Positions 9,843-18,721 of a DNA stretch of 64,000 bases are shown piece after piece. Position 1 is the stretch's first letter. Every line of letters begins with the position of its first letter. The position numbers and the translations under genes are program-made. Location of the stretch: NCBI GenBank assembly GCA_044867525.1, contig JBIOVB010000016.1, positions 23,685 through 87,684 of the forward strand, in the 5' to 3' direction. The DNA is from Acidimicrobiia bacterium. Lineage in GTDB: Bacteria > Actinomycetota > Acidimicrobiia > Spongiisociales > ZC4RG35. The notes beneath the pieces are model-generated. The model saw only the letters and a list, made by a program, of their open reading frames with translations. It did no database searches and was not told the origin of the DNA.

Positions 9843-9880
9843 CCACGCTGCTCCCTGCCGATCACCTGCCTATTCAAACA

Positions 9881-11044
9881 TCAGGGCCTGGTGAGAACCA
9901 CCCGCAACCGCCAGGTGGCGAGGCCGATCAGCACCACGGCGAATGCGGCGAGGACGCCCAGCTCGGGCAGGATGTCGACGATCGTCCCCTCCCTGCGCAC
10001 GAGCTCGGCAAAGCCGTCGAGCGCCCAGGCGTGAGGAGTGATGTGGGCCACCTTCTGCATCGTGGGAGAGAAGAGCTCGATGGGGAACATGCATCCTCCG
10101 AGGGCAGCCAACCCGAGGCTGAGCATCACCCCGATTCCGGCTGCCTGAGCGTCGTTGCTGAAGGTGGCGCCCATCAGCATCCCGGCACCTGCCCCCACCG
10201 CCGAGAACAGGACGAGGATCGCGGCAGCCCCTATCGGGTCGCCCCAGTCGACCCGGAACATCAAGAAAGTGACAACGACGATGTAGAGGCCCTGGACCAT
10301 CGCCACTGCCCATCGCCCCGAACCTTCGCCAAGGATGATGGTCGAGGTCGAGGTCGGAGTAGAGAGCATGCGCCGGGAGATCCCGAGCTGACGGCTGAGA
10401 ATCAGCGCCGAGGAACCGGCGAGAGCGGTGAGGAAAGTGAAAAGGACCAATTGCGAGGAGGCCCCGAGGTCGAAGCGGCCCAGGGTCGACGGGAAGAGCG
10501 CCTCCCCGACCGCCATCGTGGACACGGTGACTCCCGGCGCTTGTCCCTCGAGGCTCGTCGCCGCCTCCAGGGCCGTCGCGAAGTCGGTGCCGGCCTTCTC
10601 CATGGCGAACTGGGCTGCGGTGACCGGGGCCATCACCCGGCCCACGGCGGAGCCGACTATCGCCTGGAGTTGGGTGCCGCCCCCGTCAGGCCTGGTGATC
10701 GACTCCACGGTCACCTGCCCACCCCCGGCCGCGACTTCGTCCATGCCTGCCGGCAGGAAGACACCCACGATCGCGGTCCCCCGCTCCACGGCGGTCGTCA
10801 GGTCGTCGTTGGCCTCGAAAGTCCGGACGTCGATTCCCTCGAGCGCCTCGATCTCGGCCACCAGGGCCTCCGAGAGTCGACCGTCATCGGCGGCGTGGAT
10901 CCCGACCACCGGCTCCACGCCTCCCCCGAACTGGGCGCCGATGAGGAGGATGAGGGCCAGCGGGAAGATGAAAACGAAGAAGATGTTCGAACGCTCACGG
11001 ACCATGCGTCGGACATTGGCAATCGCGATCGCCCAGACCTTCAT
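9881..11044 (-). CDS. ABC-2 type transporter permease
   Basis: 387 aa with an N-terminal TM helix, a soluble loop of about 150 aa, and then about five TM helices. This is ABC-2/NatB-like topology. It overlaps the upstream permease by 4 nt. Confidence 0.75.
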   Translation of the reverse strand: MKVWAIAIANVRRMVRERSNIFFVFIFPLALILLIGAQFGGGVEPVVGIHAADDGRLSEALVAEIEALEGIDVRTFEANDDLTTAVERGTAIVGVFLPAGMDEVAAGGGQVTVESITRPDGGGTQLQAIVGSAVGRVMAPVTAAQFAMEKAGTDFATALEAATSLEGQAPGVTVSTMAVGEALFPSTLGRFDLGASSQLVLFTFLTALAGSSALILSRQLGISRRMLSTPTSTSTIILGEGSGRWAVAMVQGLYIVVVTFLMFRVDWGDPIGAAAILVLFSAVGAGAGMLMGATFSNDAQAAGIGVMLSLGLAALGGCMFPIELFSPTMQKVAHITPHAWALDGFAELVRREGTIVDILPELGVLAAFAVVLIGLATWRLRVVLTRP

Positions 11045-12225
11045 GTCAGGACCTTCCGACGCAACGCGAACCAGGAGATGGTGCCCAACACCAGGGCAAA
11101 CGCGAAAAGAGCCGCGGCCGCCGGCAGAGCATCCGTCCAGGGGGCGCCCCCGGAGATGTCTGCCAGCCCACGCATGAACCAGGCGTGTGGCGTCAGGTAT
11201 GTGAGCCGGCTGAGCAGGTCGTCACCCTGGCCGATCGGGAAGAAGGTCCCACCCAGCATGCCGAGGATCACCGCGATGATCGCCCCCAGGTTGCCAGCAC
11301 CCTCGGGGGTCTTGGCGACGCTGGCGACGAGGCCCATGATCGCCACTGCGGCGAGGACCCCGCAGACCACGAGGATGATCACCCCGAGTGGGGGGCCCCA
11401 CTCCGCTCCCATGAGCAGGGTGGAGGCAATGATCAAAACCCCGACCGAGATCACACCCAGCCAGAACGAGAGAAGGCCCTTGGCGACGATGACACTCGCT
11501 CGGGGGATCGGGGCCGCCAAGAGGCGGGCCAGGGTGCCTTCCCGCTGCTCCTCGAGGAGGCCGACCACACCGAACTGGACCGTGAAAAAGAGGAAGAACA
11601 CCGCCATCCCCGCGGCGAAGTAGGTGGTGGCGTCGAGTTGGCGGGTCGCCGAGGTGACGTCGCTCATCACGTATGACGGTGGCCGTGCGGCCGCCTCCTC
11701 ACCCCAGCCCGCTGCCTCCGGTGGCGGAGTGCCCACCAGCGAGATCGAGGTGGCCACCGACAACTGGACCCCGGCCACACCGGAGCCGAACTGTTCTGCG
11801 ATCGAAGAGGCGATCTGGGTGAAGGTCTGAGCATCCACGTCGCCCACGACCTGGATCTCGAACGGTGCGGAGGCGAGCACCGCCTGCTCCATGCCGGGCG
11901 CGATCAGGTAGTAGGCCTGGACATCGCCGGCTTCGATCGCGGCGTCCGCCGAAGCCTGATCCTCGAACTCGGAGAGGGTGAGAAGATCCTCGGTCTCCAG
12001 CGACGTGAGGATGGACTCGAAAGAGGCCGAGATCTCGGTGTTGTCCTCATCGACTATCCCGTACTGCAGGTCGAGGTTGCCCTCCAGCCCGCCCCCAAAT
12101 ACGAAGTTGAAGATGAACGCAAGGACCAGGGGGGCCAGGATCCCGAGGATGAAGGCCGACCGGTCCCGGATCCTGAGTTTCAGGTCCTTGGAGGCAATCC
12201 TGGTAGCGGCGCCCGCCGTTCCCAC
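11041..12225 (-). CDS. ABC-2 type transporter permease
   Basis: 394 aa with the same topology as its neighbour (a paralogous pair). It overlaps the ATPase gene stop by 1 nt. Confidence 0.75.
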   Translation of the reverse strand: MGTAGAATRIASKDLKLRIRDRSAFILGILAPLVLAFIFNFVFGGGLEGNLDLQYGIVDEDNTEISASFESILTSLETEDLLTLSEFEDQASADAAIEAGDVQAYYLIAPGMEQAVLASAPFEIQVVGDVDAQTFTQIASSIAEQFGSGVAGVQLSVATSISLVGTPPPEAAGWGEEAAARPPSYVMSDVTSATRQLDATTYFAAGMAVFFLFFTVQFGVVGLLEEQREGTLARLLAAPIPRASVIVAKGLLSFWLGVISVGVLIIASTLLMGAEWGPPLGVIILVVCGVLAAVAIMGLVASVAKTPEGAGNLGAIIAVILGMLGGTFFPIGQGDDLLSRLTYLTPHAWFMRGLADISGGAPWTDALPAAAALFAFALVLGTISWFALRRKVLT

Positions 12226-13163
12226 TAGTCCCGCAATGCCTTCCCGGTCACGTGGAGGAAGACGGCCTCGAGATTGGGCTCGATCACCTCGACCGCAGCG
12301 ACCACAGCCCCCGCTGCGGCGACCCGGCCCAGCATCTCCGGGAGCAGGGTCGCTGCCTCATCGGCCAGGATCTCGACTCCATCCTCGGACTGGCTTGCTT
12401 CAGACACCCCGGTCACTTCGCGGGCGACCTCGACTGCCCGGGACAGGTCTCCCCCTGCAGTGATCTTGATCCGATCCTTGCCCCCGACCAGGGCAACCAG
12501 CTCCCGCCGGGTCCCCTCGGCCTTGATCACCCCCTCGTCGATGATCGCGACGCGGTCGCAGAGACGCTCTGCCTCCTCCATGTAGTGGGTGGTGTAGAGC
12601 ACCGCCATCCCCTCCGCGGAGAGGCTCTCGACCGATTCCAGGATCGAGTTGCGTGATTGGGGGTCGACACCGACGGTGGGCTCGTCGAGGATGAGCAGAC
12701 GGGGCCGGTGCAGGAGCCCGATCCCGATGTTGAGGCGGCGCTTCATCCCCCCGGAGAACTCCTTGGTCAGGTCGTCCTTTCGGTCGGTGAGCCCGATCAC
12801 CTCGAGCACTTCCGCCACCCTGCGGGACAAATCCTCACCGGAGAGCTCGTAAAGCCGGCCAAAGAAGGTGAGGTTCTCTGCTGCGGTCAGGTCGGGGTAG
12901 ATGGCGATTTCCTGGGGGACCAGGCCGATAGCCCCCTTCCCTGCCACCGAGTTTGGGGTGATCGGAGTCCCGCCGACGCTGACCTCGCCGGCGTCCGGGT
13001 GCAGGAGGCCCGCAATCATGGATATCGACGTGGTCTTCCCGGCGCCATTGGGCCCGAGCAGCCCGAACGTCTCGCCCTGGTCGATCGTGATCGCGACGCC
13101 GTCGACTGCAGTCAGATCTCCGAAACTCTTGACCAGTCCGGTCGCAGAAAGAACGGTCGCCAA
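12225..13163 (-). CDS. ABC transporter ATP-binding protein
   Basis: Walker A GPNGAGKTT, signature FSGGMKRRL, Walker B LLILDEP. Confidence 0.9.
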   Translation of the reverse strand: MATVLSATGLVKSFGDLTAVDGVAITIDQGETFGLLGPNGAGKTTSISMIAGLLHPDAGEVSVGGTPITPNSVAGKGAIGLVPQEIAIYPDLTAAENLTFFGRLYELSGEDLSRRVAEVLEVIGLTDRKDDLTKEFSGGMKRRLNIGIGLLHRPRLLILDEPTVGVDPQSRNSILESVESLSAEGMAVLYTTHYMEEAERLCDRVAIIDEGVIKAEGTRRELVALVGGKDRIKITAGGDLSRAVEVAREVTGVSEASQSEDGVEILADEAATLLPEMLGRVAAAGAVVAAVEVIEPNLEAVFLHVTGKALRD

Positions 13164-13179
13164 GCCAGCCCCATGTCGA

Positions 13180-14583
13180 TTAACGGGGCACCCTACCGGG
13201 ACCGATCGAGACGGCAGTCGCCTGAGCTGCCGTGGGCTCTGCGCAACAGAACCAGCTCTCGGTCAATCGGGGGGAACCACCGGTGAACGGGGGTAGCGGG
13301 CCCAGATCCGAATCGGAGGCCAGGCCTATCGCCTCCCGCATCGCGACCAAGGTTTCAGCGCTTTCGGCACCGCAATCGGACGCCTCGGCCGCGATCTGGT
13401 CCAGCTGCTTGTGGAGGACTGCCGTCGCCGGATCCTCGAACTCCCACAACCAGGAGAGGGACTGGGCGTCGTAGCGGATGAGGTGCGGGGCGACAGCGGG
13501 GTGGCCCTCGAGCAGGGATCCCTCTGGAAGCAGGAGCTTGATCGACAGCTGGACGGGATCGGTTACCGCCCAAAGCTGCTCTCGGTCGAGGAAGCGGACC
13601 AGGTCGGCGATGTCGCCGGGCCTTGTCCACGGCAGGAAGGGGAGCCAGGTCGGCCGGAGATGGATCCCCACGGCCCCGGCCACGGCGACTGCCTGTCGCA
13701 TGTCGGAAACCGTGTGCCCTTTGTCCAGGATGGCCAGCGTGCCATCGTCCACACTCTCGAAGGCGCTGGTGACGAATAGGACCCCGAGCGCGGCAACCTC
13801 GGTCCACAGGTGCCTGTGGGCGAGGATGTGCTCGACCTTGACCGTGACGTCGAACGTCACGCCTGGATGAGCCGCGTGCGCCTCTCTGAGGATGTCCAGC
13901 GAATACCGAGGCGCATTGAAGAAGTCGGGATCGGCGAAGGTGACGTGCTCGACACCGTCTGCGACCAGCGATGCGATGTCGGCGAGGACCGGCGCGGCAC
14001 CCACCACGCGAAGCCTTCCGTCATAGAGCACCGGAATCGGGCAATGCCGGCACCGGTGCCGGCACCCGTGTGTCGCTTCGACGGCCGCCGCCAGCCTGGC
14101 CTCACCTCCCCACTCCAGCCTCGCGTATTCCTCATGGGCTGGTAGCAGGTTGCGATCGGGCACCAGCGGGCTTGGTCGGTCCAGGCTCAGGACGGCTTCA
14201 GGCAATGGGTGCGCCCCTCCCATCAGGGCCCGGGCCCATGCGACGATGCCTCCCGAGTACTCCCCGGCGAACGCCGACGCTCCGAGGACCCGGACAGTCC
14301 AGTCGCTGCCGGTCGAGGCATACAGCCCGAAGAAGGCGATGGGGAGCCGGGGGTGCTCCTCTCTGACCCTGGCCGCCACGGTGGTCGCCAGCCGCATTGC
14401 GGTGTGCATTGGCACCGAGAAGGCGACGGCGTCCGCGGCCTCCAAGAGCTCTTCCTGCCAGGGCTCGACGGAGAGGTCGAGGGTGTCGACCGTGACCCCG
14501 GCCGCCTGCAGCGCCGCGGCCGCATTCGCGAGGTGAACCGGCTGATGGCCGAGCTCATATGTGGAGACCAGGAGCAGCCGCAC
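13180..14583 (-). CDS. B12-binding-domain radical SAM protein with a C-terminal CCAEP motif
   Basis: The N-terminus is a Rossmann-like B12-binding-type domain. The radical SAM cluster motif is CRHRCRHC (CX3CX2C). Near the C-terminus, WFCCAEPTAAQ is encoded by TGT TGC GCA GAG CCC at 13234-13248 (minus strand), which I verified in the DNA. Confidence 0.8.
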   Translation of the reverse strand: MRLLLVSTYELGHQPVHLANAAAALQAAGVTVDTLDLSVEPWQEELLEAADAVAFSVPMHTAMRLATTVAARVREEHPRLPIAFFGLYASTGSDWTVRVLGASAFAGEYSGGIVAWARALMGGAHPLPEAVLSLDRPSPLVPDRNLLPAHEEYARLEWGGEARLAAAVEATHGCRHRCRHCPIPVLYDGRLRVVGAAPVLADIASLVADGVEHVTFADPDFFNAPRYSLDILREAHAAHPGVTFDVTVKVEHILAHRHLWTEVAALGVLFVTSAFESVDDGTLAILDKGHTVSDMRQAVAVAGAVGIHLRPTWLPFLPWTRPGDIADLVRFLDREQLWAVTDPVQLSIKLLLPEGSLLEGHPAVAPHLIRYDAQSLSWLWEFEDPATAVLHKQLDQIAAEASDCGAESAETLVAMREAIGLASDSDLGPLPPFTGGSPRLTESWFCCAEPTAAQATAVSIGPGRVPR

Positions 14584-14589
14584 CCGCGG

Positions 14590-14595
14590 AGTCTA
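14590..14595 (-). promoter_or_regulatory. -10-like hexamer TAGACT, 6 nt upstream of the radical SAM GTG 14583
   Basis: The plus strand reads AGTCTA. TANNNT match on the minus strand. Confidence 0.4.
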
Positions 14596-14610
14596 AGAAG
14601 CCACCAGCTG

Positions 14611-14616
14611 TAGCCT
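14611..14616 (+). promoter_or_regulatory. -10-like hexamer TAGCCT, 8 nt upstream of the hydrolase ATG 14625
   Basis: TANNNT match in a 41-nt divergent gap. Confidence 0.4.
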
Positions 14617-14624
14617 CACCAGCC

Positions 14625-15509
14625 ATGGGTGACTACGTCAGCATCACCACCGGTCCGATCCACCAGGTCGATTTCGGCGGGGAGGGCCGGGTCATCCTGC
14701 TGGTCCACGGGCTAGGCGGGTCGACCACGAACTGGATGGCCGTTGCCGGGGCCCTGGCCCGTCACGGCCGCGTCCTGGCAATCGACCTCCCTGGTTTCGG
14801 GCTATCACCACCGGCCCGCGATTTCCGTCTCGAGACCCACCGCCAGGCCGTCGAGGCCTACATGGAGAGCCTGGACGGGCCCGTGACCCTTGTCGGCAAC
14901 TCGACCGGAGGCCTGCTCTCGGAGATGATCGCCTCACACCGCCCAGAGCTGGTGCGCCGCCTGGTCCTGGTGGCACCGGCAACTCCGCCTGTCTACCCCG
15001 ATCCCCGGCTCGACTGGTCGACGGCCGTCAGGCTCGCCATCCAGGCGACACCAATATTTGGCGAGGCCTGGGGTCGCCGATTCGTCCGCACTCATACCCC
15101 ACAGCAATTGGTCCGGATGAGCATGCAGATGATCACCCACAAGCCGGGACGGGTCCCGGTATCGGTCATCGAGGCGTCCGTGGACATGGCAAGGGTGCGA
15201 AAGGCCCTTCCTTGGACCGCCGAAGCCACAGCCCGCACCGCTTCCTCGATTGCCGCCGTGTACGCCAACCGGCCCCGTTTCGTCCGGATGGTGCGGGCGA
15301 TCACCGCCCCGACCCTGGTCGTACAAGGAGTCAGCGACCACATCGTCTCCCCGTCCGCGGTCGAGTGGCTGTGCCGGCTGCGTCCCGATTGGGATCTGGC
15401 CCAGATGCCGGACACCGGCCACACCCCACAGATGGATGCACCGCTTCGCTTCCTCTCCGAGGTCGAGCCCTGGTTAACAAAGACCGACGAAGCGGCGTCG
15501 GTTGCCTGA
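14625..15509 (+). CDS. Alpha/beta-fold hydrolase
   Basis: LLVHGLGGS oxyanion region and a GNSTGG nucleophile elbow (GXSXG). Start set at ATG 14625 (track start 14559), with a TAGCCT hexamer 8 nt upstream. Confidence 0.75.
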   Translation: MGDYVSITTGPIHQVDFGGEGRVILLVHGLGGSTTNWMAVAGALARHGRVLAIDLPGFGLSPPARDFRLETHRQAVEAYMESLDGPVTLVGNSTGGLLSEMIASHRPELVRRLVLVAPATPPVYPDPRLDWSTAVRLAIQATPIFGEAWGRRFVRTHTPQQLVRMSMQMITHKPGRVPVSVIEASVDMARVRKALPWTAEATARTASSIAAVYANRPRFVRMVRAITAPTLVVQGVSDHIVSPSAVEWLCRLRPDWDLAQMPDTGHTPQMDAPLRFLSEVEPWLTKTDEAASVA

Positions 15510-15537
15510 TCCCGAAGAGCGAAACCCCGGCTCTAAC

Positions 15538-15543
15538 TAGGCT
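15538..15543 (+). promoter_or_regulatory. -10-like hexamer TAGGCT, 6 nt upstream of the aceE ATG 15550
   Basis: TANNNT match. No Shine-Dalgarno sequence lies between it and the start. Confidence 0.4.
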
Positions 15544-15549
15544 TGCCTC

Positions 15550-18267
15550 ATGTCAGGTGATCTCGGGCGCACCCTCGGCGACGACTACATCCACCAGCTT
15601 CCCGACACGGATCCGACCGAGACCCAGGAGTGGCTGGACTCCTTCGATCAGGTCGTGGCAGCTGAGGGATCTGATCGGGCCCGATTCCTGATGGCGAAGC
15701 TGCTGGAACGGGCACACGAGACGAGTATCGGTGTCCCCGGAGCGGTGACCACCCCATACGTGAACACCATCCCGGCCGAGGAGCAGCCCGAATTCCCGGG
15801 CGACCCTGACATCGAGCGCAGGATCCGCCGTTTCATCCGCTGGAACGCCGCCGTAATGGTGATCAAGGCCAACCATCGGGAGAAGGGGATCGGGGGCCAC
15901 CTTTCGACATTCGCCTCGTCGGCCACTCTCTACGAAATCGGCTTCAACCACTTTTTCCGGGGTCGGAGCGCCCCCGGGGGCGGCGACCACGTCTACATGC
16001 AGGGTCATGCCGCCCCGGGCATCTATGCCCGGGCCTTCCTCGAGGGGCGCTTCGACGAGAAGCACCTCGACAACTTCCGCTTCGAGATCGGCGGCGATGG
16101 GCTCTCCTCGTATCCCCATCCCCGGCTGATGCCTGACTTCTGGGAGTTCCCCACGGTGTCGATGGGCTTGGGTCCGATCAATTCGATCTATCACGCGCGG
16201 TTCAACAAGTACCTGCACAACCGGGGCATGGACGACACCAGCCAGTCCCGGGTGTGGTGTTTCATCGGCGACGGGGAGGTAGACGAGCCGGAGACCCTGG
16301 GGGCGATCTCCCTAGCCAACAGGGAAGGCCTCAACAACCTGATCTGGGTGATCAATTGCAACCTGCAGCGGCTCGACGGCCCGGTCCGGGGGAACAGTCA
16401 GATCATCACCGAGCTCGAGGCGGTCTTCAGGGGCGCCGGATGGAACGTGATCAAGGTGATCTGGGGCTCGGGGTGGGACCGGCTCCTCGCCCAGGACGAC
16501 GACGGCGCCCTGATCGACGTGATGAGCAGCACGGTCGACGGGGAGTATCAGCGGTACAAGGCGGAGGACGGCGCCTATGTCAGAGAGCACTTCTTCGGCA
16601 AGGATCCCCGAACCAAGGCGATGGTCGAGGACATGACCGACGAGGAGATCTGGGACCTGCGCCGGGGAGGGCTCGACTATCGCAAGGTGTACGCGGCGTA
16701 CAAGGTTGCGACCGAGCTCGACAACGGCCGGCCCACCGTGATCCTGGCCAAGACCATCAAAGGATGGACTCTCGGCCCCGATGTCGAGGGGCGCAACGCC
16801 ACTCATCAGATCAAAGAGCTCACCAATCAACAGCTGATGACGTTGCGAGAGACTCTCCACCTCCAGGACGAGATCCCAGCCGACTCCTTGGAGGGCGAGG
16901 CAGAGCCCTCGTATTTCCGGCCGGGCCCGGGCACCCCCGAGCACGAGTACCTCCAGCAGAGGCGTCAGGAACTTGGAGGGGCCCTGCCCGCTCGCGTGGT
17001 CCCGGAGCACAGCCTGCAGCTTCCCGCAACCGAGGCCTACGCAGAGATCTATGCCGGGTCGGGGAAGGTCGAAGCCTCGACCACGACTGCCTTCACCCGC
17101 CTCCTCCGCAACCTGTCCCGAGTCGAGGGGTTCGGGGAGAGGATCGTGCCCATAGTCCCGGACGAGGCGCGCACCTTCGGCATGGACTCGCTTTTCCGTG
17201 AGCTCAAGATCTACGCCTCCCAGGGTCAGCTCTATGAGCCGGTGGACGCGTCGATGTTGCTCTCCTACGCCGAGAGCCAGGACGGCCAGATCCTGGAGGA
17301 GGGGATCACGGAGGCAGGGTCGATCGCCTCCTGGATCGCCGCCGCCACGTCGTACGCCACCCGTGGGGTCCCGATGGTCCCCTTTTTCATCTTCTACTCC
17401 ATGTTCGGCTTCCAGCGGGTGGGTGATCTGATCTGGTCGGCGGCGGACTCCAGGTCACGGGGGTTCCTGCTCGGGGCGACGGCAGGACGCACCACCCTCC
17501 AGGGCGAGGGGTTACAGCACCAGGATGGGCACAGCCTGGTGCTGGCGACCACCGTCCCTGTTTGCGAGGCGTACGACCCCGCCTTCGCCTACGAAGTGGG
17601 CACGATCGTGGAGCACGGCCTGCAGAGGATGTACGGGCGAGGAGAGGATGTCTTCTACTACCTCACCCTGTACAACGAGAACTACAGCCAGCCGCCGCGA
17701 GCTGACGGCGTCGCGGAAGGGATAATCGAAGGTCTCTATCGCTGGCAGGAAGCCCCGGACATCTCCGGGCCGCGTGCCGCGATCCTCTTCTCCGGGTCGG
17801 CGAACCTCGCCGCCCGGGAGGCGGCGAGTGAGCTCGCTGAGAACTACGGGGTGGCGGCCGAGCTGTGGTCGGCGACCTCCTACAAGAAGCTGCGCGAGGA
17901 GGCACTGTCGGTGGGGCGGTGGAACCGGCTGCATCCGAGGGAGACGCCAAGGGTGCCCCTCGTCACCAAGCGGTTGGCAACGACCGAGGGCCCGGTCGTG
18001 GCTGTGTCCGACTACATGCGGCTGGTCCCGGACCAGATCTCGCAGTGGGCGCCAAGTCGATTCGTGACTCTGGGCACCGACGGCTTCGGGAGATCCGACT
18101 CTCGCAAGGCACTACGCAAGTTCTTCGAGATCGACACCGGCAGCATCGTCGCCACCACTCTGTGGGCGCTCGCCACAGAGGGCTCGGTCCCGATGGATCG
18201 AGTGCTCGACGCCTTCGACCGCTACGGAATCGATCCCGAAGCTCCCGATCCCGCTCATTCGCATTGA
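15550..18267 (+). CDS. aceE: Pyruvate dehydrogenase E1 component, homodimeric type
   Basis: 905 aa and collinear with AceE-type E1. Recognisable blocks include the N-terminal DPTETQEWLDS, the GDGE thiamine-diphosphate region and GTDGFGRSD near the C-terminus. Confidence 0.9.
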   Translation: MSGDLGRTLGDDYIHQLPDTDPTETQEWLDSFDQVVAAEGSDRARFLMAKLLERAHETSIGVPGAVTTPYVNTIPAEEQPEFPGDPDIERRIRRFIRWNAAVMVIKANHREKGIGGHLSTFASSATLYEIGFNHFFRGRSAPGGGDHVYMQGHAAPGIYARAFLEGRFDEKHLDNFRFEIGGDGLSSYPHPRLMPDFWEFPTVSMGLGPINSIYHARFNKYLHNRGMDDTSQSRVWCFIGDGEVDEPETLGAISLANREGLNNLIWVINCNLQRLDGPVRGNSQIITELEAVFRGAGWNVIKVIWGSGWDRLLAQDDDGALIDVMSSTVDGEYQRYKAEDGAYVREHFFGKDPRTKAMVEDMTDEEIWDLRRGGLDYRKVYAAYKVATELDNGRPTVILAKTIKGWTLGPDVEGRNATHQIKELTNQQLMTLRETLHLQDEIPADSLEGEAEPSYFRPGPGTPEHEYLQQRRQELGGALPARVVPEHSLQLPATEAYAEIYAGSGKVEASTTTAFTRLLRNLSRVEGFGERIVPIVPDEARTFGMDSLFRELKIYASQGQLYEPVDASMLLSYAESQDGQILEEGITEAGSIASWIAAATSYATRGVPMVPFFIFYSMFGFQRVGDLIWSAADSRSRGFLLGATAGRTTLQGEGLQHQDGHSLVLATTVPVCEAYDPAFAYEVGTIVEHGLQRMYGRGEDVFYYLTLYNENYSQPPRADGVAEGIIEGLYRWQEAPDISGPRAAILFSGSANLAAREAASELAENYGVAAELWSATSYKKLREEALSVGRWNRLHPRETPRVPLVTKRLATTEGPVVAVSDYMRLVPDQISQWAPSRFVTLGTDGFGRSDSRKALRKFFEIDTGSIVATTLWALATEGSVPMDRVLDAFDRYGIDPEAPDPAHSH

Positions 18268-18659
18268 CGCCGGACGAGGCTCTCGTCTTGCCCAGCGCGA
18301 TTGGAGACGCGATCCGGGCTCACGCCGGCAATTGCCTCCCTGACGAGTGTTGTGGGCTCCTCGCCTTCGAGGAGGGCGCACTCTGCTTCGCCTACCCGCT
18401 CACCAATGCCGACCCTTCGCCGGTGAGCTTCACGGTCGACCCCGACGAGCACTACGGGGCGCTGCAACACGCCGAACGCCAGGGTTGGGAGATCGCCGGG
18501 GTCTTCCATTCCCACCCGGCCGGGGACCCGGTCCCATCGGCGACCGATGCAGCAATGGCCTGGGACCCCGACTGGATCCACCTGATCGTTGCCGGGGACG
18601 AGATCAACGCGTTTCGGATCCGGGACGGCCGGATCCAGCAGCGGCCCATCCGGCCGTGA
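18264..18659 (+). CDS. JAMM/MPN+ metalloprotease (Mov34/Mec+ family)
   Basis: Only the C-terminal 131 codons of track ORF 17865-18659 are plausible. They carry ECCGLL (catalytic Glu) and the JAMM zinc motif HSHPAGDPVPSATD. The proposed TTG start at 18264 overlaps the aceE stop (TTGA). Confidence 0.7.
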   Translation: MTPDEALVLPSAIGDAIRAHAGNCLPDECCGLLAFEEGALCFAYPLTNADPSPVSFTVDPDEHYGALQHAERQGWEIAGVFHSHPAGDPVPSATDAAMAWDPDWIHLIVAGDEINAFRIRDGRIQQRPIRP

Positions 18660-18721
18660 CCACCTCGAGTCGAGCCGAGACGCCCGGGTAACCTGCCGTC
18701 AAGTCTCAGGAGATTGGACAT

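Noticed and set aside
10031-11623. 530-aa plus-strand ORF (and 10428-11177 +) opposite the two ABC-2 permease genes.
   Set aside because: It is antisense to membrane-protein frames with coherent TM topology. The translation is highly charged and Arg/Gly-rich, with no domain signature.
13234-13248. Selenocysteine recoding in the radical SAM tail (CUAEP variant).
   Set aside because: The codons are TGT TGC (Cys-Cys), and the ORF has no in-frame TGA. This copy is the all-cysteine CCAEP form.
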